A stretch of DNA of 64,000 nucleotides from the human T2T-CHM13v2.0 reference genome, Homo sapiens: the NCBI RefSeq assembly GCF_009914755.1, contig NC_060930.1; one strand, given 5' to 3'. Shown piece after piece: positions 1 to 64,000 of the stretch (positions are counted from its first letter, which is position 1; each line of letters begins with the position of its first letter). The translations under genes and the position numbers were made by a program. A model generated the notes under the pieces. That model was given only the letters and a program-made list of their open reading frames with translations, ran no database searches and was not told the origin of the DNA.

Positions 1-2
1 CA

Positions 3-1028
<1,026 letters not shown>

Positions 1029-1528
1029 TCTGCCCCCTGAGATGTGATCCCCATAAATCTTTATGGGAGGCAGAGGGACAGATGGTCTTTTTTCTGTAAC
1101 TGCTTCATGCTGGCTTGGGGGATGGTCCCCACCTATTAGGGATCATGGAACTCTCACCCTGCTCTGTCTAGTGGAGGCAGGGTAGCTTTTTGATGGCCAG
1201 GGGTGATGTCTTCACCTGGAACTGGCTGGAAGCTTTGTTGCATGATCAGCTGAAGCTTGATGGTCTCTAGGCAAGAGGAAATGAATTTGGTTAAAACATT
1301 TAATGGGAACTGCAGGGGGTGGATACCTATGCTGTTAGAAATGTTTGTTATATTGACCAGGCGCAGTGGCTTACGCCTGTAATCCCAGCACTTTGGGAGG
1401 CCGAGGCAGGCAGATCACGAGGTCAGGAGTTCAGGATCAGCCTGGCCAACATAGTGAAACCCTGTCTCTACTAAATACAAAAAAATTAGCCGGGCGGGGT
1501 GGTGCATGCCTGTAATCCTAGCTACTCA

Positions 1529-1699
<171 letters not shown>

Positions 1700-2195
1700 T
1701 TAGAATCTATGTGTTTCCTTAAAGTCCTAGCATGAGCGACTCCATTTTGGTTTGGTTTGTTGAGGCCTAGTGCATGAGCCTAGTCCAAAACAATGGCCTT
1801 CCATAATTTTGTTTAAAAAATTACCCCTTTTTGGTTAGGCTGTCATTTAAGTGAGAGTGTGACCAAACCTTAGGGACTTAGCGCCACTCTCAGTTACCAT
1901 CATTTTGGGTTTCCTATCTCAGCACATCATTTATAGCTTATAGTGTCCTTATGGTTTCACATTTTTTTAGCTCCTGTTATTCCAGTTGAAGAGAGACCAT
2001 TTGACATTCTAGAGATGGCTGCACGCAAGCATTTAAAACCTTTGAGAGAATAGAGCGCACCAGGGAGACTATTATTATGACTATCGGGAGGATGATACCA
2101 AGAGTTTGGAGTATGCTCCTTACCCAGGTTCCCCATAAACCAAACCACCTAAAATCACATAGATCAAAGAATGAACTAGATAAAGAGTTTACTCA

Positions 2196-2544
<349 letters not shown>

Positions 2545-2707
2545 CTATAATCTTCATGTGATGTATTTCTCCGTAGGCCACAAGTGCCAGCAGCTGCACA
2601 GATACTTCTCTGTTTAGCCAATTCTATCGTAACTTTCACAAGAGAATTTAAAGTCTATTGTATAACTGTAGCCTTTACAGTAGAATTTGCTATAGAACCC
2701 ATCATGA

Positions 2708-2903
<196 letters not shown>

Positions 2904-4602
2904 TAGTAGAGATGGGGTTTCACCACATTGGCTAGACTGGTCTCAACCTCCTGACTTCAGGTGATCCGCCTGCCTCGGCCTCCCAAAGTGCTGGGATTAC
3001 AGGCATAAGCCACCGTGCCTGGCCCCATTAAAGTTTTTTACCTGCACTGGGCCTTCATTTTTTATCTATTAAAGTATAAAGTTATCCATATATAAGGTTG
3101 GCTGCAAACTCCTTCACAAATAAAAGTACATCCCATTAGTGCACATAACAGATGCCTTTTCCACTTTTATTGTTCATAGAGGCATAAGCAAGAACAAATA
3201 TTGAAAGATAAGAGTTTTATGACAGTAGAAGTCTTAATCTGTGAATTTGGGAAAAGCTTATTTACATCAAAGATGCCATCCTCGGTCAGGCGCAGTGGCT
3301 CACGCCTGTGATCCCAGCACTTTGGGAGGCTGAGGCGGGCGGATCACCTGAGATCAGGAGTTAGAAAGCAGCTTGTCCAACATGGTGAAACCCCGTCTCT
3401 ACTAAAAATATAAAAATTAGCCTGGTGTGGTGGCGAGCACCTGTATACTTGGGAGGCTGAGGTAGGAGAATTGCTATTATAAAAAGTAGAGGTTCCTCTT
3501 CAAAGACTTTCCTCCCCATCTAATTAGGGATAAATAGTAACTTCTCTTAGAAGCAAAATTTATTCAAAGATCTGTGGTGACATTCTTAAATATCTGCAAG
3601 TCATAATAAAGAAATCAATGTACTTTATGTTCTTAGCTCCCACAATGTAGCCTAAATATTTGCCCTGGCATGCTTATACTGGTCCAAACAAACATTAGGT
3701 CATAGCCTGTTCCTCATCCTTATTTGAAGGTGTTTTTACCTTTCTCAGCATTCCACAAGTTACTTCCTCCTTCCTTTGTTCTCCTCTGCCTTTGCCTCTT
3801 TTAAAAGTTCTAAGTTGCTAGCCAATCGGGACAAATACAAAATGTGAAGTCCCATTCCAGCCAATGGAAACCGGACACAGCAGTAGGGTGGACGCGTCAG
3901 GTTATAAATGACCCTGTCTCCTTTGTTCAGTGTACTCTCATGGCAAAACTGCTGGCGAGGGTACCCTTTCTGCAGAAAGTAAAAATGGCCTTCCTGAGGA
4001 AATTGAATTTATGTTCAAGTGCTATTTCTTTACGGCACTGGGGAACAAGCATTTCTTTTTTAATTTTTTTTATATTTAATATTAAACATTTAATATATTA
4101 AGTGAATACATTCAAATCTGCAAACAATACATCTAGGTTGTAGAAGAGTTAAAAAAATCCCTCCACTCAGTTTTTGCCAAAACACCACCTGTAAGCACTG
4201 AGAAGCCTACTGATGCACGCATTATCCTTTGGGCCAATAGAAACAAACGTTTTAATAAAATGCTTTCCCAGTGGTCAAATTGTCTTCCTGAGTAAAGCTA
4301 AACTTGTTGTAGTGAGAACAGGTAGTGTTTATTTCTAGCTTCTTCTGGGTTCCAGGTTACCTAAGACCCAAGGGTAATGACAATGGGCAGCTCCACTTTA
4401 TTAAAAGCCAACATTTAGCCCAGACATTTTATTCTCCAAAAATTAGCAAGCATAGCTTTACATTCAAGTTGGGTATAATGACTTTATTTTCCCAGTACTT
4501 CCCTAAATAAAACATTATTACAAAAAATGACTCTTCCCAGTGCAAAATCTTAACATTTTGCTTTTATGAGCAAAAGCCTGTATTTTACATATTTTTTTTT
4601 TT

Positions 4603-4882
4603 GAGACGGAGTCTCGCTGTCGCCCAGGTTGGGGTGCAGCGGCGCGATCTCGGCTCACCGCAGGCTCCGTCCCCCAGGGTTCACACCATTCTCCTGCCTC
4701 AGCCTCCCAAGCAGCTGGGACCACAGGCGCCCGCCACCACGCCCGGCTAATTTTTTGTATTCTCAGTAAAGACGGGGTTTCACCGTGTTAGCCAGGATGG
4801 TCTCGATCTCCCGACCTCGTGATCCGCCCACCTCGGCCTCCCAAAGTGCTGGGATTACAGGCGTGAGCCACCGCGCCCGGCC
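4603..4882 (-). mobile_element. AluY-family element inside the retrocopy
   Basis: Full-length Alu with T-tail at 4592-4602 and TSD tacatattt/tacgtattt. Confidence 0.9.
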
Positions 4883-5209
4883 TACGTATTTCTTATATTG
4901 ATTTTTACATTTTCAGGTTCTCAAAAGGACTTACTCATTTTACCTGTAACACTTGGACGTCTGAATGTAACATGCACTTGAAAAAAAAAATTCTATCACC
5001 TTGGATAGGATAGTGATGGAGGAGAATGTTGACATTGACTATATACCCTCACCTAGTATTCTGTGTAAAATCATGTTTCCCTAAAGAGGACTCTGATTTG
5101 TCCAGTTGCATCCTTACAACTTGGCACAGGTTGGCAGGTAAAAATGACCTTTCTGTAGAAGTAGAAGCCTATTCTTCACATGTAAGTTTTGATTACTACT
5201 ATTTTATCA

Positions 5210-6124
<915 letters not shown>

Positions 6125-6669
6125 TAGAGACGGGGTTTCACCGCGTTAGCCAGAATGGTCTCAATCTCCTGACCTCGTGATCTGCCCGCTTCGGCCTCCC
6201 AAAGTGTTGGGATTACAGGCGTGAGCCACTGTGCCCGGCCAATTTTTTTTTTGAAACGGAGTTTCATTCTTGTTGCCCAGGCTGGAGTGCAATGGTGTGA
6301 TCTCGGTTCGGTTCACCGCAACCTCCCCCTCGCAGGTTCAAGCGGTTCTCCTGCCTCAGCCTCCTGAGTTGCTAGGATTACGGGCAGGCGCCACCACGCC
6401 CAGCTAATTTTTTGCATTTTTAGTAGAGACGGGGTTTCTCCATGTTGGTCAGGCTGGTCTTGAACTCCCTACCTCAGGTGTTCTGCCTACCTCGACCTCC
6501 CAAAGTGCTGGGATTACAGGCATGAGCCACCGCACCCAGCCTCCAGGGAACAAGCATTTCTGGCAACTTGAACCCAGGAGGCGGAGGTTGCAGTGAGCCG
6601 AGATGGCACCACTCATTCCAGCCTGGGCGACAGAGGGAGACTCCATCTGAAAAAACAAAAACTAAACCA

Positions 6670-6865
6670 TATGTAAAACAAACATTGTTTTGGTCCAGAA
6701 AGATGGGACAACTGGAGGTGAGGAGGCTTGGGGGCTTTCAGATCACAGGTGGGAGACAAAGGGTTGCGTTCTTTTGAGTTTCTGATTAGTCTCTCCAAAG
6801 GAAGCAATCAGATATGCATTTATCTCAATGGAGGCAGGCTCTCCCCAAGCTCTCAGCTTGAATTA
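6670..6865 (-). mobile_element. MER4A-like LTR fragment
   Basis: Matches recalled MER4A motif TTCTTTTGAGTTTCTGATTAG...CAATCAGATATGCATTTATCTCA. Confidence 0.55.
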
Positions 6866-7044
6866 ACACTGACATTTTAAAATATCTAGCAAAGACAAAC
6901 ATAAAATTTAGACAAAACCTATGCTGACAAATCTGAAGGCCTTTTTATTTTTATTCCCCCAATAATTTTAAAGCTGGCTAGTTTAGTAAAGTTATACTTA
7001 AGTGGACTTGAAAATTGCTTAGACGTATTTACTTAATTACTTAA

Positions 7045-7380
<336 letters not shown>

Positions 7381-7603
7381 TAGACACAACATATAGCAGT
7401 AAGTGTACATATAAGTAAATACATCTAGACATGTATACGCACACATAAACGATGACCTGGAACGTTAGCCATGAGATGGCAGTACAAGCTTGAAGGTTTT
7501 ACTTTGCCCTAATGGATAATGCAGGGAAGGCTGTGAACCAAAATTTTGGGTAAAGCAGTCTCCATGGCAGTTTTATTTTTATTTATATTTATTTATTTTT
7601 TGA

Positions 7604-7762
<159 letters not shown>

Positions 7763-7899
7763 TAGTAGAGACGGGGCTTCTCCATGTTGGTCAGGCTAGT
7801 CTTGAACTCTCAACCTCAGTTGATCTGCCTGCCTCAGCCTCCCAAAGTGTTGGGATTATAGGTGTGAGCCACCGTGCCCGGCCAAAGTAGTTTGATTGA

Positions 7900-8112
<213 letters not shown>

Positions 8113-8456
8113 TGATCTTGAACTCCTGACCACGTGATCCACCTGTCTTGGCTTCCTAAAGTGCTGGACAGTTTGATTTTTAAAGGCTAAACCTCCCCAG
8201 GCTCCAAGGAGCACTGGGGCCAAACAGTACCAAAGGAGAGCATCACCGGTTAACCAGGCCCCCTGCTTAGAAGAGTAGCACAGACCGGGCGCTGTGGCTC
8301 ACACCTATAATCCCAGCACTTTGGGAGGCCGACGCCAGTGGATCACGAGGTCAGGAGTTTGAGACCAGCCTGACCAACATGGTGAAACCCTGCCTCTTCT
8401 AAAAATACAAAAATTAGCCGGGCGTGGTGGTGAGCGCCTGTAATACCAGCTACTCA

Positions 8457-9131
<675 letters not shown>

Positions 9132-9913
9132 TGTGAAAGCAGAGGGTTTTGTTTGTTTTTTGCTTTTTGTTTTTTGAGACGGAGTCTTGCTCTGTTGCCC
9201 AGGCTGGAGTGCAGTGGTGCACTCGGCTCACTGCAACTTCCGCCTTCCCGGGTTCAAGCGATTCTCCTGGCTCAGCCTCCGGAGTAGCTAGGACTACAGG
9301 CGCGTGTCACCATGTCCCAGCTAATCTTTCTTTATTTTTAGTAGAGACGTGTTAGCCAGGTTTCACCGTGTTACCGTGTTACCGTATTCCAGCCGGGCTC
9401 CGCCCCTGGATTCGGTGGACAGACCAGCTTTACCTCCAGAGACTCCCCCTGTCTTCCCTGCACCGGCTGACTATACCTACACACTTCGGTGGCACAATCT
9501 TTGTTTAGATATGCTGATGCCTTCCTTCGCTGGGAACGGTCCAGTCCTGCCCGCCTGGCGCTCAGCTCTGCGGATCTCAGGGGATGGAGTGGCAATCTCA
9601 TTGCTCCCGCCTCTCCTGACCCCTCTCGCCTTCTCCTCGAGACCCGGGTTAAGTGGGCAGAGGGCTCCGAGGGTCCTCTCCCGCCGTGGGATTGCACAGA
9701 GGGCTGGGTCCGCAGGCTGGCTAAAAGGACCTAGCCCAGGATTGCGAGGCAGCGCCCTCCCTGCAGCTGGACAGACTCGGGCGCCCGGCCCAAAGCCCGG
9801 CAGGGGCGTGTCCGCGCGCTCACCTGCTATTGGCCAGGTGGGGCTGTCGGCTGCCAGCAGTGCTTATGCTTTAAGTGCGGAGCGGGTGGCTGCGGAGCCA
9901 GGCGCGGCGCAGG

Positions 9914-12844
<2,931 letters not shown>

Positions 12845-12993
12845 GTGTGGCCTCAGCTCCCACAAGCCTCTGCCCAGGCACTGCTAGGCTCTGTCTGGAA
12901 GATGGGGACCAGCAGCCCCACACCAGGGCCAGCCTCTAGAGCAGACTACAGCTGGGGTGCAGGGATGTGGGTTCCACAGACGGAAGGGTAAAC

Positions 12994-12999
12994 AATATA
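12994..12999 (+). terminator. GNMT: Probable GNMT poly(A) signal, variant AATATA
   Basis: No AATAAA on + between the stop and the PEX6 3' UTR. AATATA is followed by a U/GU-rich tract at 13021-13034. Confidence 0.55.
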
Positions 13000-13158
13000 G
13001 TCTTTTTCAGTTCCTGCATGCATTGTGTTTATGTCAGAAGGATCAGGCTCCCATGCTGCCCACCCCCCCACCCTCTCCCAGGGCTTACTCCTCCCACAAC
13101 CCTGCTCTTTCTCACTCCAACCTTTCATGCCACAACACCAGTAGGGGGCGGGACATGC

Positions 13159-13164
13159 TTTATT
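13159..13164 (-). terminator. PEX6: PEX6 proximal poly(A) signal AATAAA (c.*305-310)
   Basis: TTTATT on +. It is the only canonical hexamer in the PEX6 3' UTR of this haplotype. Confidence 0.85.
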
Positions 13165-13468
13165 TTCAGCCACAGAACTAGCCCTCTCAGGGCCCAATCC
13201 CCAGAACCCAAGGCCCTGGCCCTCTTCCTGAGTAGATGGGCCTTTCTCTTAGAGCCGGCCTGGAAGGAGGGGCAAGTAGGCAGGAGATATCTCTTGAGCT
13301 GTTGCTGCTGTCTCAATGCCACTTTGCACCCTGGGATCTCCTGGAGGGAGGTGGCCTCCAGGTGGGTTGGCAGCAGCCTGAGGAGGAGCCCTTCCTTCCC
13401 AGATCTCTCTGTGGGCTATCAAGGTACCTGCAGCCATGCTGAGCGGGGTCCCAGACCCTGGGGGGCTC

Positions 13469-28510
<15,042 letters not shown>

Positions 28511-28836
28511 CGCCATTTGAACTTGTGCTTAAGGGATTTATCTTTGCCTTCTACGGAAGTAATGTTCTCTTAACTATTTTTCCCCGTGGCATGAACGTAA
28601 CAGTTTATTGACTGATAAATGAACAGTCAGCATGCTCGGGATGACTGGGCCCAGTACTGGGAGCTCTAGGTGAAATGTTTCGGAAGGAGTCCGCTCCTCT
28701 GCGGAGCTCCTGCAGCTTCCCCTGTGGAACTGTGAGCACTGAGGTTTGAGGGTTGCAGGAAAGGTTGCAGGAGGGAGTAGCAGGATTAGAAAACTGTCTC
28801 ACACTTGCTTATAGGTATATAGTGGCTGCTGAGTGA

Positions 28837-32882
<4,046 letters not shown>

Positions 32883-33799
32883 TAATCCTTTGTTTATACA
32901 CATCTGTGATTCACCAGACTGCGAACTCTTTGTGGGCATAAACTGAGTCTTACCCATTAGAACACGGACTTGAGCAGGGTGGCAAGTAAGGGATGGATTT
33001 CCTGAGACAGTCAACAATGAAGTTGCTTTTCCACTGCGTTCCCAACTGCTCAAATCTAGCTGGTTCCCCAATCCCAGTACACTTGCAGTAGCAACGGGGA
33101 CCCTCTTCCTAAAGTTGCACCAAGCCAGGGATTCTCCACTCATTTCGCCCAGGTCCTAGCCCTGCCAGGCTTCCCCTTTGCTCCTCTGCAACCCCTGTCT
33201 AGGGAGGCGGGTGTCTTGGAAGGTCCTTGGGAGCTCCCTCCATCAATTTTGCATCTGCAATTAGGGCTACTTTACCCCAGTGAAGAAAGGTGCCCTCCGT
33301 ATTAGGGCTTCCTTCCTCCAATTCCGACTGGACAGGGTAGCAGAGCGGGCAAAGTGTGAGAGCCTTTAGAAGGAAAGAGCAGGGCTCCAAGCGCCGCGAA
33401 GAATGGCCGAGGCCGACGCACAGCAGACGCTGGAGTGCAGCCCTCCTAGCCAAGCTTGGGTTTCCCCTTATCCCCGCCTCCTTCTCTAAGCTCGACCCAC
33501 TTTAGGGCGGGACCACCCACTTCAGCCAATTCTGGAAGCCGAACCCTGGCGGTTTGTACTATTTCTTTCCAATAAGAAAAAAAGGAAGCAGCTTGGCTCC
33601 AATGACCAATCCGAGGAGGCGGCGCCTGGTTGTCAGGCAGTTTTGTAGGAGTTCGGGCCAATTGGAGGCGCAGGCACCGCTCGACCCGGGCGCAGCGCGC
33701 AGGCGGTGGCGAAGAGACGCCGAGCGGGCCGAGTGCGGCCGAGCAAAGCCGGAGCCGGAGCGGGGCCGCAGGAGACGGGCCGGGTCCGGACGGGCCGAG

Positions 33800-60384
<26,585 letters not shown>

Positions 60385-61347
60385 CCCCTCACGTTCCTAC
60401 CACAGGGCCACAGCCCACACAGCCCTGGGACACTGCCCTGGCCCTCCATACTCTGCTCCCTACTGGCTGTCTTGGGGGAAGGCAGCGCCTCTCTAGCTAC
60501 TCAAGGGAGGGGGATGTGGGCACTTGAAGCAGGGACACCCACAGAATGGTCCCTCTTCTCCCCAAAAGGTGTTCATGCCTCCCTGTGGCTAGTACAGGCT
60601 GAGCACTAAGATGCTTAGTGCTCAGACAACCTGGGGATGCCTGTCCCCTACCTGCTCCTCACCCACAGCTACCTGAGGCTGCTCTGAGAAGTACACACAG
60701 GAATACATACGCTCCTCTATTCTTCCCTTCATCCTCATTTGAACGCCAGGTATCTCCCCTCCTCTCTCTCCCCTGCAGAGGCATGTAGGGAACAGCAGGA
60801 GATTATTCTCACCAAAGTTATGTCAAGCCCCATTGGTCCCAGAGTAGCTGAAGGGAAGCCAACCCCCCTGCAGCACAAATAGGCCCCCCAGTCCCAGCCG
60901 TGTGCTGGCAGATAGGGTTGTATTATTTCTTCTTACCCCATGCCTGACCAAGGGAGGTCAAAAGGAGAAAAGTATAGGCTGTGGACAATAACTGATGAAT
61001 ATAGGGCCCAGATGGACCAAGTGGGGCCGGGGAGGGATGAATAAACACCCTACCCCGTGCCCTGTCTTTGGTGAGCAGCAGCCCTGGGGTCACAGACATG
61101 GAAGGGACCACCCTGGGGCTGACTGCTTTTCTGTGCTGTTGGTTCCCAAAACTAGAAAGAAGGAAGCAGGGAGCGGTGCCCCAAGCATGGCTCCTGCCAA
61201 CACCTATTTATTTCCTTGTTTGTGCTATGCTGGGCAGGCCTTCTCTTGTCCCTTATAGGTACCTTGGAGGGGCCAGGGGCTGAGGAAGGCCGGACCCAGG
61301 TTCCAGGGGCGCAGGCAGTGCGGCTTTTGGCTGTGTACATAGGGTGC

Positions 61348-61353
61348 TTTATT
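61348..61353 (-). terminator. MEA1: MEA1 poly(A) signal AATAAA
   Basis: First TTTATT on + after the MEA1 stop. A second lies at 61207-61212. Confidence 0.8.
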
Positions 61354-61419
61354 CTCCACAGAGTGATACATGCTAAGGTGGGTTGGGCTTGGACCGATGT
61401 CCCCATATGTACAGAACTG

Positions 61420-61425
61420 AATAAA
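61420..61425 (+). terminator. PPP2R5D: PPP2R5D distal poly(A) signal AATAAA
   Basis: Followed by GU-rich sequence at 61441-61460. A more proximal AATAAA lies at 61040-61045. Confidence 0.8.
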
Positions 61426-61567
61426 GTGGGTCTCTGAGAAGTCTGATGTGCCTTGATGTGGAAAGGGAGACGGGGAAGATGGAAATGGACATTACAACCA
61501 GGGATGTGTTCAGTCCTGTGCTGGTTCTGGCCTGGAATGTAGGAATATAAGGCAGCTCTCACTGTGG

Positions 61568-62911
61568 TCACTTCCAGGCAGGGGATGCCTGCCGGGCTTG
61601 GAGGGCTTTCTGTACCACATCTTCCCACTGGGCATCCGATATCTCCCGAGCCCAGGCAGGAACCCCTGGCGCAGGCAGGCTTACTCCAGCCATTGTCCTT
61701 TTCACCAGCTCTACATGTTCTGAAATCAGAGCCAGAGGCCATTCAGGCATAGAAATAATGGGACCAGCTCCCCTCCCCAATCCCCGAATCAACCCAGAGC
61801 CCTTGGGCTGCTAGGGTCACCAAATCCACCTTGTTACTTTAAGGCAAGCCTGCCCATCCCCAAAGCTAGCAAAAGAGCATTTCACTTGGACTCTGAAGTC
61901 TACAAAATCTTAGTTTACAAACTATCTTTTTAGGATAGGGTCTTCCTCTGAAACTTCCTTCTACTGACTCATGCCAGTTCATTTCCTTAGTAATTATTCC
62001 AGAATGAAAGAATGATCTTTTACCTGGGTCCATGGGAATAGAGCTGTGGTTGTTCAACGCTGTAGCTCCCTCCTCATCTTCATCTTCACTCTCTAATGGT
62101 GGGTCTGGCAAATGAAGCCCCAGGGCCTGCAGAGCCACAGAAGACCGTTTGGGTCTAGGCTTTCAGGGAGCCCAGCTTCACCTGTTCAGGAACCATCCCT
62201 CCTCCACCCTACCTGGATTCGATCCTGGATGTCAGCAACTACATCTCCATCCCCCACTGGTGCCAGTTCCACCTCCTCTTGTTCAGGATCTTGGTTCAGG
62301 GGCTGGTAGGAGTAGCCAGCTGGGCCCGACCCCGTTTCCTCCTGCTCTTCCTCAGGCTCCTCACTGCTCCAATCCCCAGTGCCTTCTGAAGGGCCCTGAT
62401 GTCCCAGTTCCTCAGTCTGATTGGGGAAGATACGCTCAGGGCCCATGGTGTCTCCTCCTAGAACTACTGTTGCCATCCGGGCAGGGGCTGCAAGAACAGG
62501 GAGGCGGTAGGACAGGGATCGGATGAAACCAGGCCCATCTTCATCCTCTCATCATCTCCTTGTAGTCTCCTGCGTGCAAAAAACCAGCTCCTCCCCGAGG
62601 CTCCTGCATCCTCCACCCCTCCGCCCCAATTCCAGCCTCTCGTTCCTCCCCCTCCTAAGTCGGGGTTCTTATCTTGAACCAGGCCCCACCAACTTGCTCC
62701 GCCACTTCCTAGTTAAACGCCCAACCGGAGGCCCTGCCACCTCCTAAAAGACACCCCTTCCAGAACCCCGGCTCCCCGCGCCACGCCTCCCCCGCGACTT
62801 GGGAACTCTGGGTCATCAGACTCCCCTAAACAGGTCGGCGTACCCGCCCCCTTCTCCCCTCTCCTAGAGGACCCCCTCTGTACCGCCTGACAGATGCCTT
62901 TCAGGCCCCAT
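61568..62911 (-). CDS. MEA1: Male-enhanced antigen 1, 185 aa
   Basis: Exons 62911-62884, 62487-62213, 62126-62024, 61719-61568 (558 nt). Protein runs [21 protein letters not shown]...QASPAWK. An alternative upstream donor GTGAG at 62995-62991 would start translation at ATG 62476. Confidence 0.95.
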
Positions 62912-62939
62912 GGGCTCCCCTCAAATGGCCCCAGCTGCA

Positions 62940-63450
62940 GCGTCCCCCACCCGCCCCCATCCGAATCCCGGCGCCGGTGTTCCCGCGCGCCTCACCCGCT
63001 CAGAGCCCGCGGCCTCCACTTCCGGCGGGGCAGGACGTGCAGAGGTGCCTAGTCCTCCAGCCCCGCCCCATATCCATGATTGACGCTGGCGAGGACGAGG
63101 AGTCCGCCCCTTGCCCCGCCTCCGTCATTCCCAGCCCAAAAAACAAAGGACTGCATTACCCAGTGGCCTCCTCGGTCTCGACACATATTTGCACATGCGC
63201 AGAATCTCTCCTACGCCCCTGCCCACTCCTCAGCCCTCTCGTCCCTCAGGAAACGTATGGACTACAAGTCCCGAAATGCCTCCGGCACTTAGCTACGACT
63301 GCACGTGCGCGCACAGCTGCCCGCCGGAAGAACCGAGCTTGGCTGTGTTTATCTCGTTGGGGACTAAGGCGTCGGTTGGCGCGCAACGGGTTCTAGGCTG
63401 CAGGCAGCTCGAGGACCCGCGGCCCCGCCCCGGCTCGGCCTGGCAGGTAG
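62940..63450. promoter_or_regulatory. Bidirectional CpG-island promoter MEA1/KLHDC3
   Basis: Outward-facing ETS motifs (ACTTCCGG 63019-63026, CCGGAAG about 63324), ZNF143/THAP11-type ACTACAAGTCCCGAAATGC 63261-63279, NRF1-like GCACATGCGCA 63191-63201, CACGTG 63302-63307 and GC boxes. Confidence 0.8.
63330..63446 (+). other. KLHDC3: Probable non-coding first exon of KLHDC3
   Basis: Donor CAG/GTAGCC at 63446/63447 downstream of the promoter. Identity rests on recalled gene order only, and the 5' end is approximate. Confidence 0.55.
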
Positions 63451-64000
63451 CCTGGGATGGGTAGAAGGGCAAGGGAGAATTAGGGGGCTTAGGACGTGCT
63501 GTCTGGAGCTGGAGTGGCGGGGGAGGGGCCTGAGAGTGATGAGGTGGGGGTGGGGAGGGAGCTGGGGGATGATGGGAAAGGAGAGTGTTAATGGGGAAAG
63601 CAGGGCTAGGGGAGGATGGCGAGGAGATGGGTAGGAGAGACCTGGTGTCTGGAGGAAGCAATGAAGGAAATGGGAAGGAAGACTGGGCCATGAAAACAGG
63701 GAAGCTGAGCATAATGGAAGGGGAGGGGTGTCTGGCGTGGTGGGCTAGGGGAGGCCGGAATGTCTGGAAGAAGACAGGGATAGAGTCATATGCAGAGAGG
63801 GGTATCGTGGTCAGTGCATGCTAATTTTTCTTTCCTTAGTGGAGGTGGGAAAATGGAGGGCTGTTGGGTGGAGCTTGGAATGGTAGGAGAAGGAAAAATG
63901 AGAAAACTGCAAAGCTCTCACGAGATCAAGAAGGGCGAGAAATGGGGAATAAAAAATGCAAGAGACCAGGCGGGTAGATACATTAAGGGAATAGAAGAAG

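Overview
Human (or great-ape) genomic DNA recognisable as the 6p21.1 GNMT-PEX6-PPP2R5D-MEA1-KLHDC3 cluster. Four spliced genes were reconstructed by hand with GT-AG boundaries and intact frames: GNMT (+, 6 exons, 295 aa), PEX6 (-, 17 exons, 980 aa), PPP2R5D (+, 16 exons, 602 aa) and MEA1 (-, 4 coding exons, 185 aa). The window ends in the MEA1/KLHDC3 bidirectional promoter. The first 9.1 kb is a two-LTR MER51-type provirus with a tRNA-Arg primer-binding site. Nested inside it are an Alu, an LTR10C-like solo LTR and a 2.5-kb RPL24 retrocopy. The retrocopy is the most unusual object. It appears to copy a non-canonical RPL24 transcript spliced in frame into an antisense Alu. Its two inverted Alus carry 13 strand-biased A>G changes (plus one at the junction), which look like ADAR editing fixed in DNA by reverse transcription. 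This haplotype also appears to lack the distal PEX6 AATAAA (c.*442_445delTAAA) and encodes PEX6 Val809. Repeat-family names and reference-allele comparisons are from recall, not from a database search.
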